64,000 nt of DNA from an uncultured Gammaproteobacteria bacterium (GCA_964547465.1 CAZJNI010000002.1:6043-70042), one strand, 5' to 3'. Counted from the first letter of the stretch, positions 1 through 10,198 are shown. The notes: generated by a model from the sequence alone, not told the origin. Translations and numbers: made by a program.

Positions 1-41
1 TGTGCAGACAGTTGCTTCTTTGGAGTACACTATATAGATCT

Positions 42-680
42 ATGATTTACAACTTTGCAAAAAGATTCTTAGATATATTCGCATCAATGATAGGTTTAAT
101 TCTGCTTTTTCCGTTGTTTATAATGGTTGGGATAGCTATAATACTTGATTCTCCAGGGCCGATTTTTGCAGATACTCCCATGAGAGTTGGGAAAAACGGT
201 CGGCTTTTTAAGATGTATAAATTCCGTTCCATGATTGCTAATGCACATAAGCTTTTGCGAACTGACCCTTCTTTAAAAAAGCTTTATGAGAAGTATAAAA
301 AAAGCAGTTATAAATTAACTAAAGATCCCCGTATCACCATTGTGGGAAAATTTATCCGCAAATACTCTTTGGATGAACTGCCACAGCTTTTGAATGTTTT
401 AAGAGGTGAGATGAGTCTGGTTGGGCCAAGGGCTTATTATCCGGATGAGCTTAACGAACAACAGAAAAATTACCCCGAGACTACAAAATTTGTTAGAATT
501 ATTTTATCAGGCAAACCTGGAGTGACAGGAGTATGGCAGGTAACCGGCCGTTCTGAAATTCATTTTGACAAAAGAGTTGAAATGGATTCCCGATACGTTC
601 AAAGAAAATCTATTCTTTATGATTTTTGGATAATTTTAAAAACAATCCCCGCAGTTTTATCCGGAAAAGGAGCAGTTTAA
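42..680 (+). CDS. Sugar transferase (Bac_transf family, WcaJ/WbaP-like priming glycosyltransferase)
   Basis: [57 protein letters not shown] motifs; ATG at 42 preferred over TTG at 12. Confidence 0.93.
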   Translation: MIYNFAKRFLDIFASMIGLILLFPLFIMVGIAIILDSPGPIFADTPMRVGKNGRLFKMYKFRSMIANAHKLLRTDPSLKKLYEKYKKSSYKLTKDPRITIVGKFIRKYSLDELPQLLNVLRGEMSLVGPRAYYPDELNEQQKNYPETTKFVRIILSGKPGVTGVWQVTGRSEIHFDKRVEMDSRYVQRKSILYDFWIILKTIPAVLSGKGAV

Positions 681-682
681 GT

Positions 683-2545
683 ATGAAAATTGATTCAATA
701 AGCGCTAAATACAAAAAGCCAAAAAATAAATTCAGGAGAAGGTTTTTCGTAATTTTGGGTTTAATTTTACTTCTTTCTGCCATACCTTCATTTTTTACTT
801 ATATAAGTTTAAAAGGCACCCTAGCTCATGGGAAAGCATTAATTGCTGCCTATAACGGACAAGATTTTGATCTTTTAAAAAAAGAAGTAACATCAACCAA
901 AGGGGGGCTTGAAAGAGCAAACTTTTCACTTAACTTTCTGTTTTGGCTAAAGATAATACCAATTTTAGGCGGATATTACTCGGATGCTAAGGGATTTATG
1001 GGAGCAGGAGTTGAAGAATTAATTGCTTTAGATAAGTTATTAAATGAGTTGAGTCCGCATAAGGAGGAGCTTTTGTTTGATAATCATCCAAAAAAGGGAC
1101 CGGATAGGGTAACACAGGCTGTAAAAATACTGGATAAAAGTTTGCCATTTTTGGATAAAGTACAGGGGAATCTAACAAAGGCTGCAAATAATGTTAAGAA
1201 TATTAACGTTAATAAATACCCGGATACTTTTAAGGGAAAAGCAATTAGGAAAAATTTGGACGTTGCAAAAAATCTTATTATGGGAGCTTCCATTGCAGTG
1301 GGAGATGGGAGAGAGGCACTAATGGTGGCTCCACAAACTTTGGGTATACCGGCTGCTAAAAATTACCTGCTGCTTTTCCAGAATGATAAGGAAATTAGGC
1401 CAACAGGTGGATTTATAACAGCTTATGCCACACTGACTATAAATAACGGGCAAATTAGTGCCACTACTTCTGATGACATTTATAGACTTGATGAAAAATT
1501 ACTTAATGTTTGTTTAACAAAAATTTGCCCACTTACCCCCCCACCTCCTATTGTTAAATATTTGCCGGAAGTTTCCGGAAAACCTCGTTCAGCCTGGAGT
1601 ATGAGGGATTCTAATATTTCTCCAGATGTTCCAACCTCTGCAGCCCAATTTGAAAAAATGTATTCACTATTGGGAGAAGGCTTACCTTTTGATGGGATAA
1701 TTTTTATAGATTCCCAAGTGGTGGAAGAGTTAATTGAGGTAACAGGGCCAATAGATGTCTACGGCACCAAATATTCAGGAGAATTGGATAAAAGATGTAA
1801 TTGCCCGAATGTGATTTATGAGCTGGAATCATATGCGGAGATTGCTGCAAAAGGTGAGAAAGATAGAAAAGCAGTACTTGGGGTGTTAATGCAGCAAATT
1901 TTGGCACGCTCAATAGGTGCTGATATAGAAAAGATACCACAACTATTAGAAACTGTAGCAAGATTGGCGAATCACAAGCATGTGATATTTTATATGCATG
2001 ATAAATCAGCGCAAGATGCTTTTTCAGCTCTTAATTGGATAGGTCAGATCAAATCATATGACGCGGATTATCTGCACATTAATGATTCTAACTTTGCGGG
2101 AGGAAAATCTAATTTGTATGTTACCCAAACAGTAACTCAGGAAATAAGTAAACAGGGGGATAAAATAAAGAAAAAAATTACTATAGAGTATAAAAATGAC
2201 CAGCCATTTGGAGTTTGGTTAAATGGGATTAACAGAGACTATGTCAGATTTTATGTGCCAAAAGGAAGTAAGCTTATCTCTTCAAAAGGTTCAGAGGTGG
2301 CAGTTACAACAATAGAGGATGATTTAGGAAAAACCGTGTTTGAGGCATTTATACAAGTCAGGCCGCAAAATAGTAGAAAACTGGAGATAGAATATACGAT
2401 TCCTCACAAACCAAGTGGACAATATAAATTACTGATTCAAAAACAACCCGGAGCTAAGGATTTCCAGTATAAAATAAAACTAAACGGTTCCCAAAAGGCG
2501 GATTTTAAACTGGATTCTGATAAAGAATTTAAGTTCAGTATTTAG
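683..2545 (+). CDS. DUF4012-type membrane-anchored protein
   Basis: N-terminal TM; YLLLFQN..E.RPTGGF, DSN.SPD.P, N..GGKSN motifs; often next to sugar transferases. Confidence 0.8.
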   Translation: MKIDSISAKYKKPKNKFRRRFFVILGLILLLSAIPSFFTYISLKGTLAHGKALIAAYNGQDFDLLKKEVTSTKGGLERANFSLNFLFWLKIIPILGGYYSDAKGFMGAGVEELIALDKLLNELSPHKEELLFDNHPKKGPDRVTQAVKILDKSLPFLDKVQGNLTKAANNVKNINVNKYPDTFKGKAIRKNLDVAKNLIMGASIAVGDGREALMVAPQTLGIPAAKNYLLLFQNDKEIRPTGGFITAYATLTINNGQISATTSDDIYRLDEKLLNVCLTKICPLTPPPPIVKYLPEVSGKPRSAWSMRDSNISPDVPTSAAQFEKMYSLLGEGLPFDGIIFIDSQVVEELIEVTGPIDVYGTKYSGELDKRCNCPNVIYELESYAEIAAKGEKDRKAVLGVLMQQILARSIGADIEKIPQLLETVARLANHKHVIFYMHDKSAQDAFSALNWIGQIKSYDADYLHINDSNFAGGKSNLYVTQTVTQEISKQGDKIKKKITIEYKNDQPFGVWLNGINRDYVRFYVPKGSKLISSKGSEVAVTTIEDDLGKTVFEAFIQVRPQNSRKLEIEYTIPHKPSGQYKLLIQKQPGAKDFQYKIKLNGSQKADFKLDSDKEFKFSI

Positions 2546-2559
2546 TATAATCCCCAGAT

Positions 2560-3210
2560 ATGAGAGGGATAAAGGTAGAAGGAGTTATTTTAAAGAGAAG
2601 GAATTTGGGGGAGGCGGATCGGATTTTAACTGTTTTTTCGCTGCAAAAAGGTAAGATTTCTGTTTTGGCAAAAGGGGTTAGAAGAATAACTTCCAGAAGA
2701 TCAGGGAATGTGGAACTGCTTAATAGGTCTTTAATGTATCTTCATCAGGCTAAAACTTTTTTAATTTTAACAGAGGCTACAACACTAGATACTTTTTCAA
2801 AAATAAAGTCTGACCTTACTCTTTCTACTTATGCCTATCATATTTTGGAACTGGTTGATAAATTAACTGCAGAAAATCAGGAAAATAGGATTTTATATGA
2901 ACATTTAGTACAAGTTTTAAAAAGACTCGAGAAAAATCCCCGCCAGATTCTGATTCGGGCATTTGAGGCAAAGATTTTATCAAACTTGGGCTTTATTAGC
3001 TTCTTAGAGTCACACCCTGGAGTGTCAAAGGGAATACACCCCTGGGGTGTCCAATTACTGAAAAGTTTGGAGTTATCCTTGTGGGACGGGATTGAGAAAA
3101 TGGAAATTTCTCAAAAGCAGGCTATGGAACTGGAGCGTGTTTTAAGATATCATTTAGAGAGAGTGATTGAAGGATCACTTAAATCAAGAAGATTCCTAAA
3201 AAAGATTTAG
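2560..3210 (+). CDS. recO: DNA repair protein RecO (no Zn finger)
   Basis: EGVILKRRNLGEADRILTVFS..GKI..AKGVRR..SR OB-fold N-terminus. Confidence 0.92.
   Translation: MRGIKVEGVILKRRNLGEADRILTVFSLQKGKISVLAKGVRRITSRRSGNVELLNRSLMYLHQAKTFLILTEATTLDTFSKIKSDLTLSTYAYHILELVDKLTAENQENRILYEHLVQVLKRLEKNPRQILIRAFEAKILSNLGFISFLESHPGVSKGIHPWGVQLLKSLELSLWDGIEKMEISQKQAMELERVLRYHLERVIEGSLKSRRFLKKI
3016..3058. repeat. Bipartite palindromic element (CACCCC-W-GGGGTG core), in frame within recO
   Basis: acacccctggggtgt palindrome at 3036-3050; same arrangement recurs at 61044-61087. Confidence 0.7.
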
Positions 3211-3229
3211 GATTTATGATTTAAGATTT

Positions 3230-4564
3230 ATGAATAATAATTTAATGGATGAGCAAAGCTCCTCATCTTTGATGAGTAAGATAGTTGCTTTGTGTAAGCG
3301 CCGGGGATTTATATATCCCGGGTCTGAAATATATGGAGGACTTAGTGGAACTTGGGACTATGGACCTGCCGGAGCTCTTTTAAAGAAAAATATAAAAGAC
3401 CTTTGGTGGAAAGACATGGTGCAACTGCGAGAAGACATTGTAGGAGTTGATGCCGCAATCATGATGAATCCCAAAGCCTGGGAAGCATCAGGTCATGTGG
3501 AAGCTTTCAGCGACCCACTAGTTGAGTGTAAAATATGCCATGAGCGGTTTAGAGCTGATAAGGAAGATATAATTAAGAATCATGAAGCAACTCACAAAGA
3601 AAAGGTTGAATGGACAGAACCTCAACAGTTTAATCTGCTCGTTAAGGCTTATTTAGGCGTTTTGGAAGGTAAACAATCAGAAATATATTTAAGAGGAGAA
3701 ATTACCAATGGAGTTCATGTTAATTTTAAAAATGTTTTGGATTCTACCAGAGTTAAAATTCCTTTTGGAATTGCTCAAATTGGTAAGGCTTTTAGAAATG
3801 AAATAACCCCCGGCAATTTTACCTTTAGATCGAGGGAGTTTGAACAAATGGAAGTTCAATTTTACGTTAAAAATGAGAAATCAGAGGCTGAAAAGTGGTT
3901 TGAGTACTGGAAGCAAAACAGGATGGATTGGTATTTATCGCTGGGAATGAAGAAAGAAAACTTAAGGTTTAGAGAACACGCAGAAAAAGAAAGAGCACAT
4001 TATGCCAAAGCGGCATGTGACATTGAATATAATGCTCCGTTCGGCTGGTCAGAATTTATGGGGATTCATAATAGAGGTGATTGGGATTTATCCCGCCATC
4101 AAAAATACTCTGGGCAAGATATGACTTATAGAGATCCTGAATCTGGAGAGGAGTATACACCCTGGGATATTGAAACATCGGCTGGGGTAGATAGATCTGC
4201 GCTATTTATTTTGATTGATGCTTACAGTGAAGATAATGGAAGGGTTTATCTAAAACTTTCTCCAAAACTTGCTCCATACAAAGCTGCAGTATTTCCACTT
4301 CTTGCTAATAAACCGGAACTTATTAAAGTAGCCAAGAAAATTTATGATGATTTGAGAAAAGATTTTATGGTGGCTTGGGACGCCCGGGGTAATATTGGTA
4401 AAAGATATGCTAGTCAGGATGAAATCGGTACCCCTTTTTGTATAACAGTTGATTTTGATTCGCTAGGGGATGAAATGGTAACTGTCAGAGATAGGGATAG
4501 CGCCAAACAGGAAAGAGTTAAAATAGTTGACTTAAAAGATTATCTTAGTGATAGAATTAAATAA
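3230..4564 (+). CDS. glyQS: Glycine--tRNA ligase, homodimeric (GlyQS) type
   Basis: CKRRGF.YPGSEIYGG, GIAQIGKAFRNEITP, REFEQME, IGKRY..QDEIGTPFC; exact start uncertain. Confidence 0.96.
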   Translation: MNNNLMDEQSSSSLMSKIVALCKRRGFIYPGSEIYGGLSGTWDYGPAGALLKKNIKDLWWKDMVQLREDIVGVDAAIMMNPKAWEASGHVEAFSDPLVECKICHERFRADKEDIIKNHEATHKEKVEWTEPQQFNLLVKAYLGVLEGKQSEIYLRGEITNGVHVNFKNVLDSTRVKIPFGIAQIGKAFRNEITPGNFTFRSREFEQMEVQFYVKNEKSEAEKWFEYWKQNRMDWYLSLGMKKENLRFREHAEKERAHYAKAACDIEYNAPFGWSEFMGIHNRGDWDLSRHQKYSGQDMTYRDPESGEEYTPWDIETSAGVDRSALFILIDAYSEDNGRVYLKLSPKLAPYKAAVFPLLANKPELIKVAKKIYDDLRKDFMVAWDARGNIGKRYASQDEIGTPFCITVDFDSLGDEMVTVRDRDSAKQERVKIVDLKDYLSDRIK

Positions 4565-5464
4565 GTGGATAAATTAAAAGTTTGGTTTGCTGCTCATAAA
4601 ACCACGGCTATCTTGGCTGTGGTATTAATATTGTTGGGGGGGTCGGGATTTTTAGGAATTCAAAAGTTTAGCTCTAAAGAAGATGGTTCAGTTGAAGAGG
4701 TTGATTTAGTTTTTGATGCAGAAGGCCCATACGCCTTAACCTTTCCCAGAAGGGATGGAAATGCTTTAATTTTAAATATTAAAAGAACAAGCTCTTATGA
4801 TTCTATATCCTATGACTTAGCATATACCTCTACTCCTGATGAAACTGTAGTTAAGGGCACTAAAGTGTTAGACGAGGGAGAAGGAGGACTAGCTGGAGGC
4901 AGTATCGATAGGGGAGTTTCAGGCCAACTAGATACGAAAGATAAAAAGGGTGAATATGAGCAGGAAATTTTGTTTGGGACTTGTTCTAAAAATGTCTGTA
5001 AATATGATAAGGGTGTTGAAAATGGAACGCTTACACTTCATATAAGAAAGGGAGATAAAGCGTATAGAATGATTACCCAGTGGCATTTGCAAAAACCAGA
5101 TGTGGCTTTGGGAAGCTTAACTTCAGGAGATAATCATTTAACTTACAAAGTGGATGGAGACAGGCAGACGCTTTCTAATATTGGATTTTCTATAATAAAT
5201 GATTTAACAGGAGTTCCAAAGTTGCCAAACGGTAAGCAAGTTTTAGGCAAAGTTTATGCCTTAAATGTGCCGATTGCCAAAGATTTAAAGAGTGGTCAGG
5301 TAAGTTTAGAGCTGGCCCAAAATCCATCTCCTGATGCCAAATTATATAGATATGATGGAAATAAGAGCAGTTGGGAGGAGTTGGATACAAAAATAGAAGG
5401 ATCTAAATTATCCTCCAAAGCCTCCGGCGCAGGTATATTTGCTGTTTTGACTTCCAAGAAATAA
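4565..5464 (+). CDS. Hypothetical membrane-anchored protein
   Basis: 299-aa ORF, N-terminal hydrophobic segment, beta-rich body, abuts glyQS stop. Confidence 0.75.
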   Translation: MDKLKVWFAAHKTTAILAVVLILLGGSGFLGIQKFSSKEDGSVEEVDLVFDAEGPYALTFPRRDGNALILNIKRTSSYDSISYDLAYTSTPDETVVKGTKVLDEGEGGLAGGSIDRGVSGQLDTKDKKGEYEQEILFGTCSKNVCKYDKGVENGTLTLHIRKGDKAYRMITQWHLQKPDVALGSLTSGDNHLTYKVDGDRQTLSNIGFSIINDLTGVPKLPNGKQVLGKVYALNVPIAKDLKSGQVSLELAQNPSPDAKLYRYDGNKSSWEELDTKIEGSKLSSKASGAGIFAVLTSKK

Positions 5465-5468
5465 AAGT

Positions 5469-5855
5469 TTATAAATTTGATAAATTAGGTTGTAGTTGTG
5501 TGTTATTAACTAACCCAATATTAATATGATGTCTGTACATTAACCTATTAGCTATAATAACTCCTCCCACGAATCCTAGCATCATTGCTATGCCCCCGAG
5601 AGCACTCAAAGGACCTTTAGTTGGGAGCTCGTTTGTAAATGCTTTAGATGCTTCTGTAATTAAACCAGCCATTCCAATTGAACCTATGGTACCTCCAATT
5701 AAATTAGCAGTGAATCTACTAGTTCCCTCAACTAAGTTTTCCCAGAATCTTTTTGAACCTTTATGGCCTTGATAAATAATACTTAAGTGGCCGTTGTCTA
5801 CGAGGTCACCTCCGGATATTTCAAAGTATCTTTGTCCAATTATCTCTTCACTCAT
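5469..5855 (-). CDS. Hypothetical small membrane protein
   Basis: Two Gly-rich hydrophobic segments; ATG at 5855 likely. Confidence 0.55.
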   Translation of the reverse strand: MSEEIIGQRYFEISGGDLVDNGHLSIIYQGHKGSKRFWENLVEGTSRFTANLIGGTIGSIGMAGLITEASKAFTNELPTKGPLSALGGIAMMLGFVGGVIIANRLMYRHHINIGLVNNTQLQPNLSNL

Positions 5856-5896
5856 AATCAAAATTATATATGAATCTTGCGAAATGTAAATACCCC

Positions 5897-5950
5897 TTGA
5901 CAAACAGTGTTAAAATGGCGGAAAATAGTAATAGATGGTGATTTGAGGTG
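5897..5950 (+). promoter_or_regulatory. dcw promoter region with putative MraZ boxes
   Basis: TTGACA at 5897, TGTTAAAAT at 5908; TGGCG/TAGTA/TGGTG/AGGTG at exact 10-nt period (5916, 5926, 5936, 5946). Confidence 0.55.
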
Positions 5951-5998
5951 AATCAGCCATAGGCTGATAAATATTCTGCCCAGAATATGGATGTCCAT

Positions 5999-6412
5999 AT
6001 GTTTTTGGGCGAATACAAAGTTAAATTTAGTGGTCACGGGAGAGTTATACTACCGAAAAAATTAAGAGAGGTAGTCTTTGGTGACGAGATTATATTAAGT
6101 AAAGGATTTGAAGGTTGTATTTGGGGATTTGATAAAAAGCTATGGGAAGAGCAAGCGCAAAAGCAACTTGAGATTTCGGCTGTGGAGGAAAAAGCACGGA
6201 ACTTGAGGAGATATTTATTTTCTTCGAGTATCCAGGTAGAGGTGGATGATCAAGGAAGGTTTGTTATACCAGGTAGTCTTTTGGGTTATGCGAGTCTTAC
6301 GCAAGAAGTGATAATAATTGGTGCCGGAGATCATTTTGAGGTTTGGGATAAGAATAAATGGGATAAAGAGGCAAAAAGATTGGAGAAAGAGTATGGAAGG
6401 GTATCACAGTAG
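5999..6412 (+). CDS. mraZ: Transcriptional regulator MraZ
   Basis: MFLGEY, GRVILP, D.QGR..IP, IIGAGDHFEVWD; first gene of dcw cluster. Confidence 0.95.
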   Translation: MFLGEYKVKFSGHGRVILPKKLREVVFGDEIILSKGFEGCIWGFDKKLWEEQAQKQLEISAVEEKARNLRRYLFSSSIQVEVDDQGRFVIPGSLLGYASLTQEVIIIGAGDHFEVWDKNKWDKEAKRLEKEYGRVSQ

Positions 6413-7319
6413 CGTTCTTTTAAAGGAGGCTTTGGGTGCACTCAATATCCGAGATGCCTGGTATATAGATTGTACTTTAGGCGACGGAGGGCATTCGATA
6501 GAAATTATAAAGCGGGGAGGGAAAGTAATCGGCATAGATGTAGACCCGCAGGCCCTTGGGCGAGTGCAAAAAAGATTTAAAGAATTGGGGTATTTGGGGA
6601 GTTTGGGGAAGAGAATAAAGCTAATTCAGGGCAATTTTAGAGATTTGAAAAAATTAATAAACCAGCAGACGGATACTGTAGGATTGAAATTTGCAGGGGC
6701 AATTTTTGATCTGGGGGTTTCCAGTTTGCAGCTTGAAACCCCGCAAAGGGGTTTTTCCTTTAGAAAAGTTGGCCCCTTGGACATGAGAATGGACCCTACA
6801 CTTGGAGTTAGGGCACTGGATTTAGTAAATGCATTATCAGGAAAGGAGCTATATGAATTATTTAAAAAATTGGGTGAGGAAAAATATTCTAAACGTCTGG
6901 CTGACTCTATTGTCAGCTCCCGTCAAGTAATTAAAACAACAAAAGACTTGGCTGGTTTGGCGGAGAAGGTGGTTGGCAAAAAGGGGAAAATACACCCGGC
7001 CACAAAAATCTTCCAGGCTTTAAGAATAGCTGTTAATGATGAGTTGGATGCATTGCAGGAGGGATTAGATCAAGTAATAGATTTAATAGAAAAAAATGGC
7101 ACAATTTTGGTTATTAGTTTTCATTCATTGGAAGATAGGATCATTAAATTTACTTTTAGAAAGTGGGAAGATGAAGGGTTGGGTGAGATTTTGACAAAAA
7201 AACCGATTGTGCCAAGAGATTATGAAGTAGCCGACAATCCCAGATCGCGTTCAGCAAAACTTAGGGTTTTTAGAGTGAATCATGGATCAAGTATCATGGG
7301 TCATATTGACATTTCTTGA
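6393..7319 (+). CDS. rsmH: 16S rRNA m4C1402 methyltransferase
   Basis: H.SVLL.E, DCTLG.GGHS, DLGVSS.QL, PLDMRMD, HPATKIFQALRI.VN.EL, SFHSLEDR, NPRSRSAKLR. Confidence 0.97.
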   Translation: MEGYHSSVLLKEALGALNIRDAWYIDCTLGDGGHSIEIIKRGGKVIGIDVDPQALGRVQKRFKELGYLGSLGKRIKLIQGNFRDLKKLINQQTDTVGLKFAGAIFDLGVSSLQLETPQRGFSFRKVGPLDMRMDPTLGVRALDLVNALSGKELYELFKKLGEEKYSKRLADSIVSSRQVIKTTKDLAGLAEKVVGKKGKIHPATKIFQALRIAVNDELDALQEGLDQVIDLIEKNGTILVISFHSLEDRIIKFTFRKWEDEGLGEILTKKPIVPRDYEVADNPRSRSAKLRVFRVNHGSSIMGHIDIS

Positions 7320-7345
7320 TACCTGACACTTGATACCTTGACACA
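7279..7345. repeat. Inverted heptamer tandem repeats (ATCAWGN / ACTTGAT) across the rsmH 3' end
   Basis: atcatgg atcaagt atcatgg ... tcttgat acctgac acttgat. Confidence 0.55.
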
Positions 7346-7352
7346 TTAACTT

Positions 7353-7649
7353 ATGACAATTATTAAAAAATTTGAACCGGAGCTGCCTAAAAACGGATTT
7401 TCTAAAAAGTTAGTAATTTCTATTGGCGCATGTTTGTTTGTATTAATTCTGGCAGAGATTTGGGTTAGTAACACGGTCGTATCTTATGGTGATCAATTTG
7501 AGAAGCTCTCTTCTTTGCAAGGAGAATTAAATACTGAAAATCAAATTTTGGAAAACGAGATTGCGAAAAAATCTTCTATCATAAATGTTGCCACAAAATC
7601 CGGCGAACTTGGTTTTTCCAGAGGGAAAAGTATACAATATATTCGTTAA
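7353..7649 (+). CDS. ftsL: Cell division protein FtsL-like
   Basis: Single TM plus coiled coil, A..LG motif, between rsmH and PBP. Confidence 0.7.
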   Translation: MTIIKKFEPELPKNGFSKKLVISIGACLFVLILAEIWVSNTVVSYGDQFEKLSSLQGELNTENQILENEIAKKSSIINVATKSGELGFSRGKSIQYIR

Positions 7650-9353
7650 ATGCGAATTTATTGGGTAAAAATCTTCTTTGTCTTATTCTTTCTGTTAATA
7701 TCTTTGAGGCTTTTTTATTGGCAAATGATACAAGGAGAGTTTTTACAAGCCCAGGCTGAAAATCAACACTTCACCAATGTTTACGTCAAAGGAGTGAGAG
7801 GGAAGATATTCTTTAATGATGGATCCTTGCTTGTGTCAACTAGTCCTTCATATTCCATTTATGGATTACCGAAGGTTATAAAGCAGGATCAAAAATTAAA
7901 TACTGCTTACTCCATTGCCAAAGTTTTAAATGAGTCTGAATCAAAAGATGATACAGAATCTTTGGCAAAAGATATCCTGAATAAACTCTCACAGGACCTT
8001 TATTGGATACTTTTAAGTAAAAATGTAACTTTGGAACAAAGAAAAGCAATTGAACAGCTTAATTTATCCGGAATTGGTTTTGATGAGGGCAATATTAGAT
8101 TTTATCCGGAAGGTTCATCCTCTGCACACCTTTTAGGTTTTGTAGGACAAGATTCAAAGGGTGAGGATAAAGGTTATTTTGGTTTGGAAGGATTTTATGA
8201 TGGGGAATTGAAAGGAGCCTCCGGATTAATAAGACATGAAAAAGATGCTTTAGGTTTGCCAATCCTGATTGGAAATTTTCTCACATCTAACGCCAGGAAT
8301 GGTAAGGATTTGGTGCTAAATATTGACCAGACGGTTCAGTATGTTGTTGAACAAGCTTTAAAATCTGGCATGGAAAAGTACGATGCTAAAGCAGCATCAG
8401 CTGTGGTGATGGATCCAAAAACTGGCGCAATCCTTGCTTTGGCATCATTTCCAAATTATGATCCGCTAAAGTATTTTGATTACCCTAAAGAGTATTACAA
8501 AAACTCCTCTGTTGCAGATCAATATGAACCAGGGTCAACATTTAAGGTTTTGGTGATGGCAGCGGCAATAAATGAAAATGTTGTAAAGCCAGACACGAAA
8601 TGTGATATTTGCAGTGGCCCAATATCTTTGGGAGGTTTTGTTATTAGAACCTGGGATAATAAATATTTTCCTGATTCGTCCATGAAGGATGTGATTGTTC
8701 ATTCTGATAATACAGGTATGGTTTATGCCGGGAAAAAATTAGGTCTGGATAAATTCTATACGTATTTAGAAAATTTCGGATTCGGTAGCCCTACGAATAT
8801 TGATTTACAGGATGAATTTTCTCCTGATATAAGACAAAAAAGTAAGTGGGGAGAGATTGATTTAGCAACTGCTTCTTTTGGGCAGGGGATAGCTGTTACA
8901 CCTATTCAAATGGTTAAAGCAGTTTCAGCTATCGCTAATGGTGGAAATTTGATGGAGCCTCATGTTGTGAAAAAGATTGTAGATGATAGAAATAGTTTTG
9001 AAATAAAACCAAAAGTTATAAGACAAATCATAGAGGATTCAACAGCAGCGCAGATAAAAGAAATGATGGTAGCAGCGGTTAACGAGGGGGAAGCAAAATT
9101 TGCTAGACCTAAGGGTTTTAAGGTTGCCGGAAAAACAGGAACTGCTCAAATTCCAGTGGCAGGACATTATGATCCTAATAAAACTATTGCTTCATTTGTG
9201 GGATTTGCACCGGCTGATGATCCAAAATTTGTAATGCTTATACGATACGACCAACCAACTGCATCCATTTTTGGAGCAGAAACAGCAGCCCCGACTTTTT
9301 TTGAAATTGCCAAAGAATTATTTACATACTACAAAATTGCCCCAACAGAGTGA
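7650..9353 (+). CDS. ftsI: Class B penicillin-binding protein (FtsI/SpoVD-like)
   Basis: RFYPEG, GLE..YD, EPGSTFK (SxxK), SDN (SxN), KTGTAQ. Confidence 0.92.
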   Translation: MRIYWVKIFFVLFFLLISLRLFYWQMIQGEFLQAQAENQHFTNVYVKGVRGKIFFNDGSLLVSTSPSYSIYGLPKVIKQDQKLNTAYSIAKVLNESESKDDTESLAKDILNKLSQDLYWILLSKNVTLEQRKAIEQLNLSGIGFDEGNIRFYPEGSSSAHLLGFVGQDSKGEDKGYFGLEGFYDGELKGASGLIRHEKDALGLPILIGNFLTSNARNGKDLVLNIDQTVQYVVEQALKSGMEKYDAKAASAVVMDPKTGAILALASFPNYDPLKYFDYPKEYYKNSSVADQYEPGSTFKVLVMAAAINENVVKPDTKCDICSGPISLGGFVIRTWDNKYFPDSSMKDVIVHSDNTGMVYAGKKLGLDKFYTYLENFGFGSPTNIDLQDEFSPDIRQKSKWGEIDLATASFGQGIAVTPIQMVKAVSAIANGGNLMEPHVVKKIVDDRNSFEIKPKVIRQIIEDSTAAQIKEMMVAAVNEGEAKFARPKGFKVAGKTGTAQIPVAGHYDPNKTIASFVGFAPADDPKFVMLIRYDQPTASIFGAETAAPTFFEIAKELFTYYKIAPTE

Positions 9354-9365
9354 TAACATTTAGTT

Positions 9366-10106
9366 ATGGACCTTAAGGGTAAAGTATTTATTTTAACCGG
9401 AGCAAAAAGAGTAGGGCAGGATGTGGCCAAAACTTTGGGTGAGAGAGGCGCCAATCTGGTTATCTCTTATAACAACTCTTTAGAAGATGCTCAAGTTTTA
9501 CAAAGGGAATGTGAATCTTCTGGTGCCAGAGCGATTATCGTTAAGGCAGATTTATCCCAAAATAAAGATATAGAATCCTTGGCGGATGAAGCATTAAAGC
9601 AGTTTGGCGCAATCGATGGACTGATCCATATGGCTGCCAATTATCCCAAAACTCCTGTTGGTGGGATTACACTGGAGGATTTTGATAAAACAATGCATAT
9701 AATTGCAGCTTCTACTTTACTTTTGGGGCAAAAAATAGGAGCGCAAATGCAAAAAAATGAGGGGGATGTTAAAGGAAAAATGATTTTTTTCTCTGACTGG
9801 TCGGTTTTGAGGAATCCTTATCCGGATTATATTGTTTATAATGGGGCCAAATCAGCGGTGGAATCTTTTACCAAAAGTTTAGCAAGACAATTTGCGCCAT
9901 CTATTACTGTTAATGCTATAGCTCCCGGGCCAATCCTTAGGCCCCCCGATTTATCAGAGGAGGATAATGAGGAAGTGATGAGTAAGACTCCTTTAAAAAA
10001 ATGGGGTGGAAGTAAGGAGATTGCCAAAGCTGTTTTATATTTACTTGATGCTGATTTTGTGACAGGGATTATTTTGCCAGTTGATGGTGGCCGGTCAATT
10101 GCTTGA
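9366..10106 (+). CDS. Short-chain dehydrogenase, pteridine reductase/FolM-like
   Basis: TGAKRVG, YNGAK (YxxxK), VNAIAPG, FVTG..LPVDGG. Confidence 0.8.
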   Translation: MDLKGKVFILTGAKRVGQDVAKTLGERGANLVISYNNSLEDAQVLQRECESSGARAIIVKADLSQNKDIESLADEALKQFGAIDGLIHMAANYPKTPVGGITLEDFDKTMHIIAASTLLLGQKIGAQMQKNEGDVKGKMIFFSDWSVLRNPYPDYIVYNGAKSAVESFTKSLARQFAPSITVNAIAPGPILRPPDLSEEDNEEVMSKTPLKKWGGSKEIAKAVLYLLDADFVTGIILPVDGGRSIA

Positions 10107-10198
10107 AGAAGATAGATTTATTTTTCTTTCAAGATACTTTTGTGCTTGCACATTAGCTATTGCATCAAACCTTATTAGCTCTAATTTATTTTATATCA

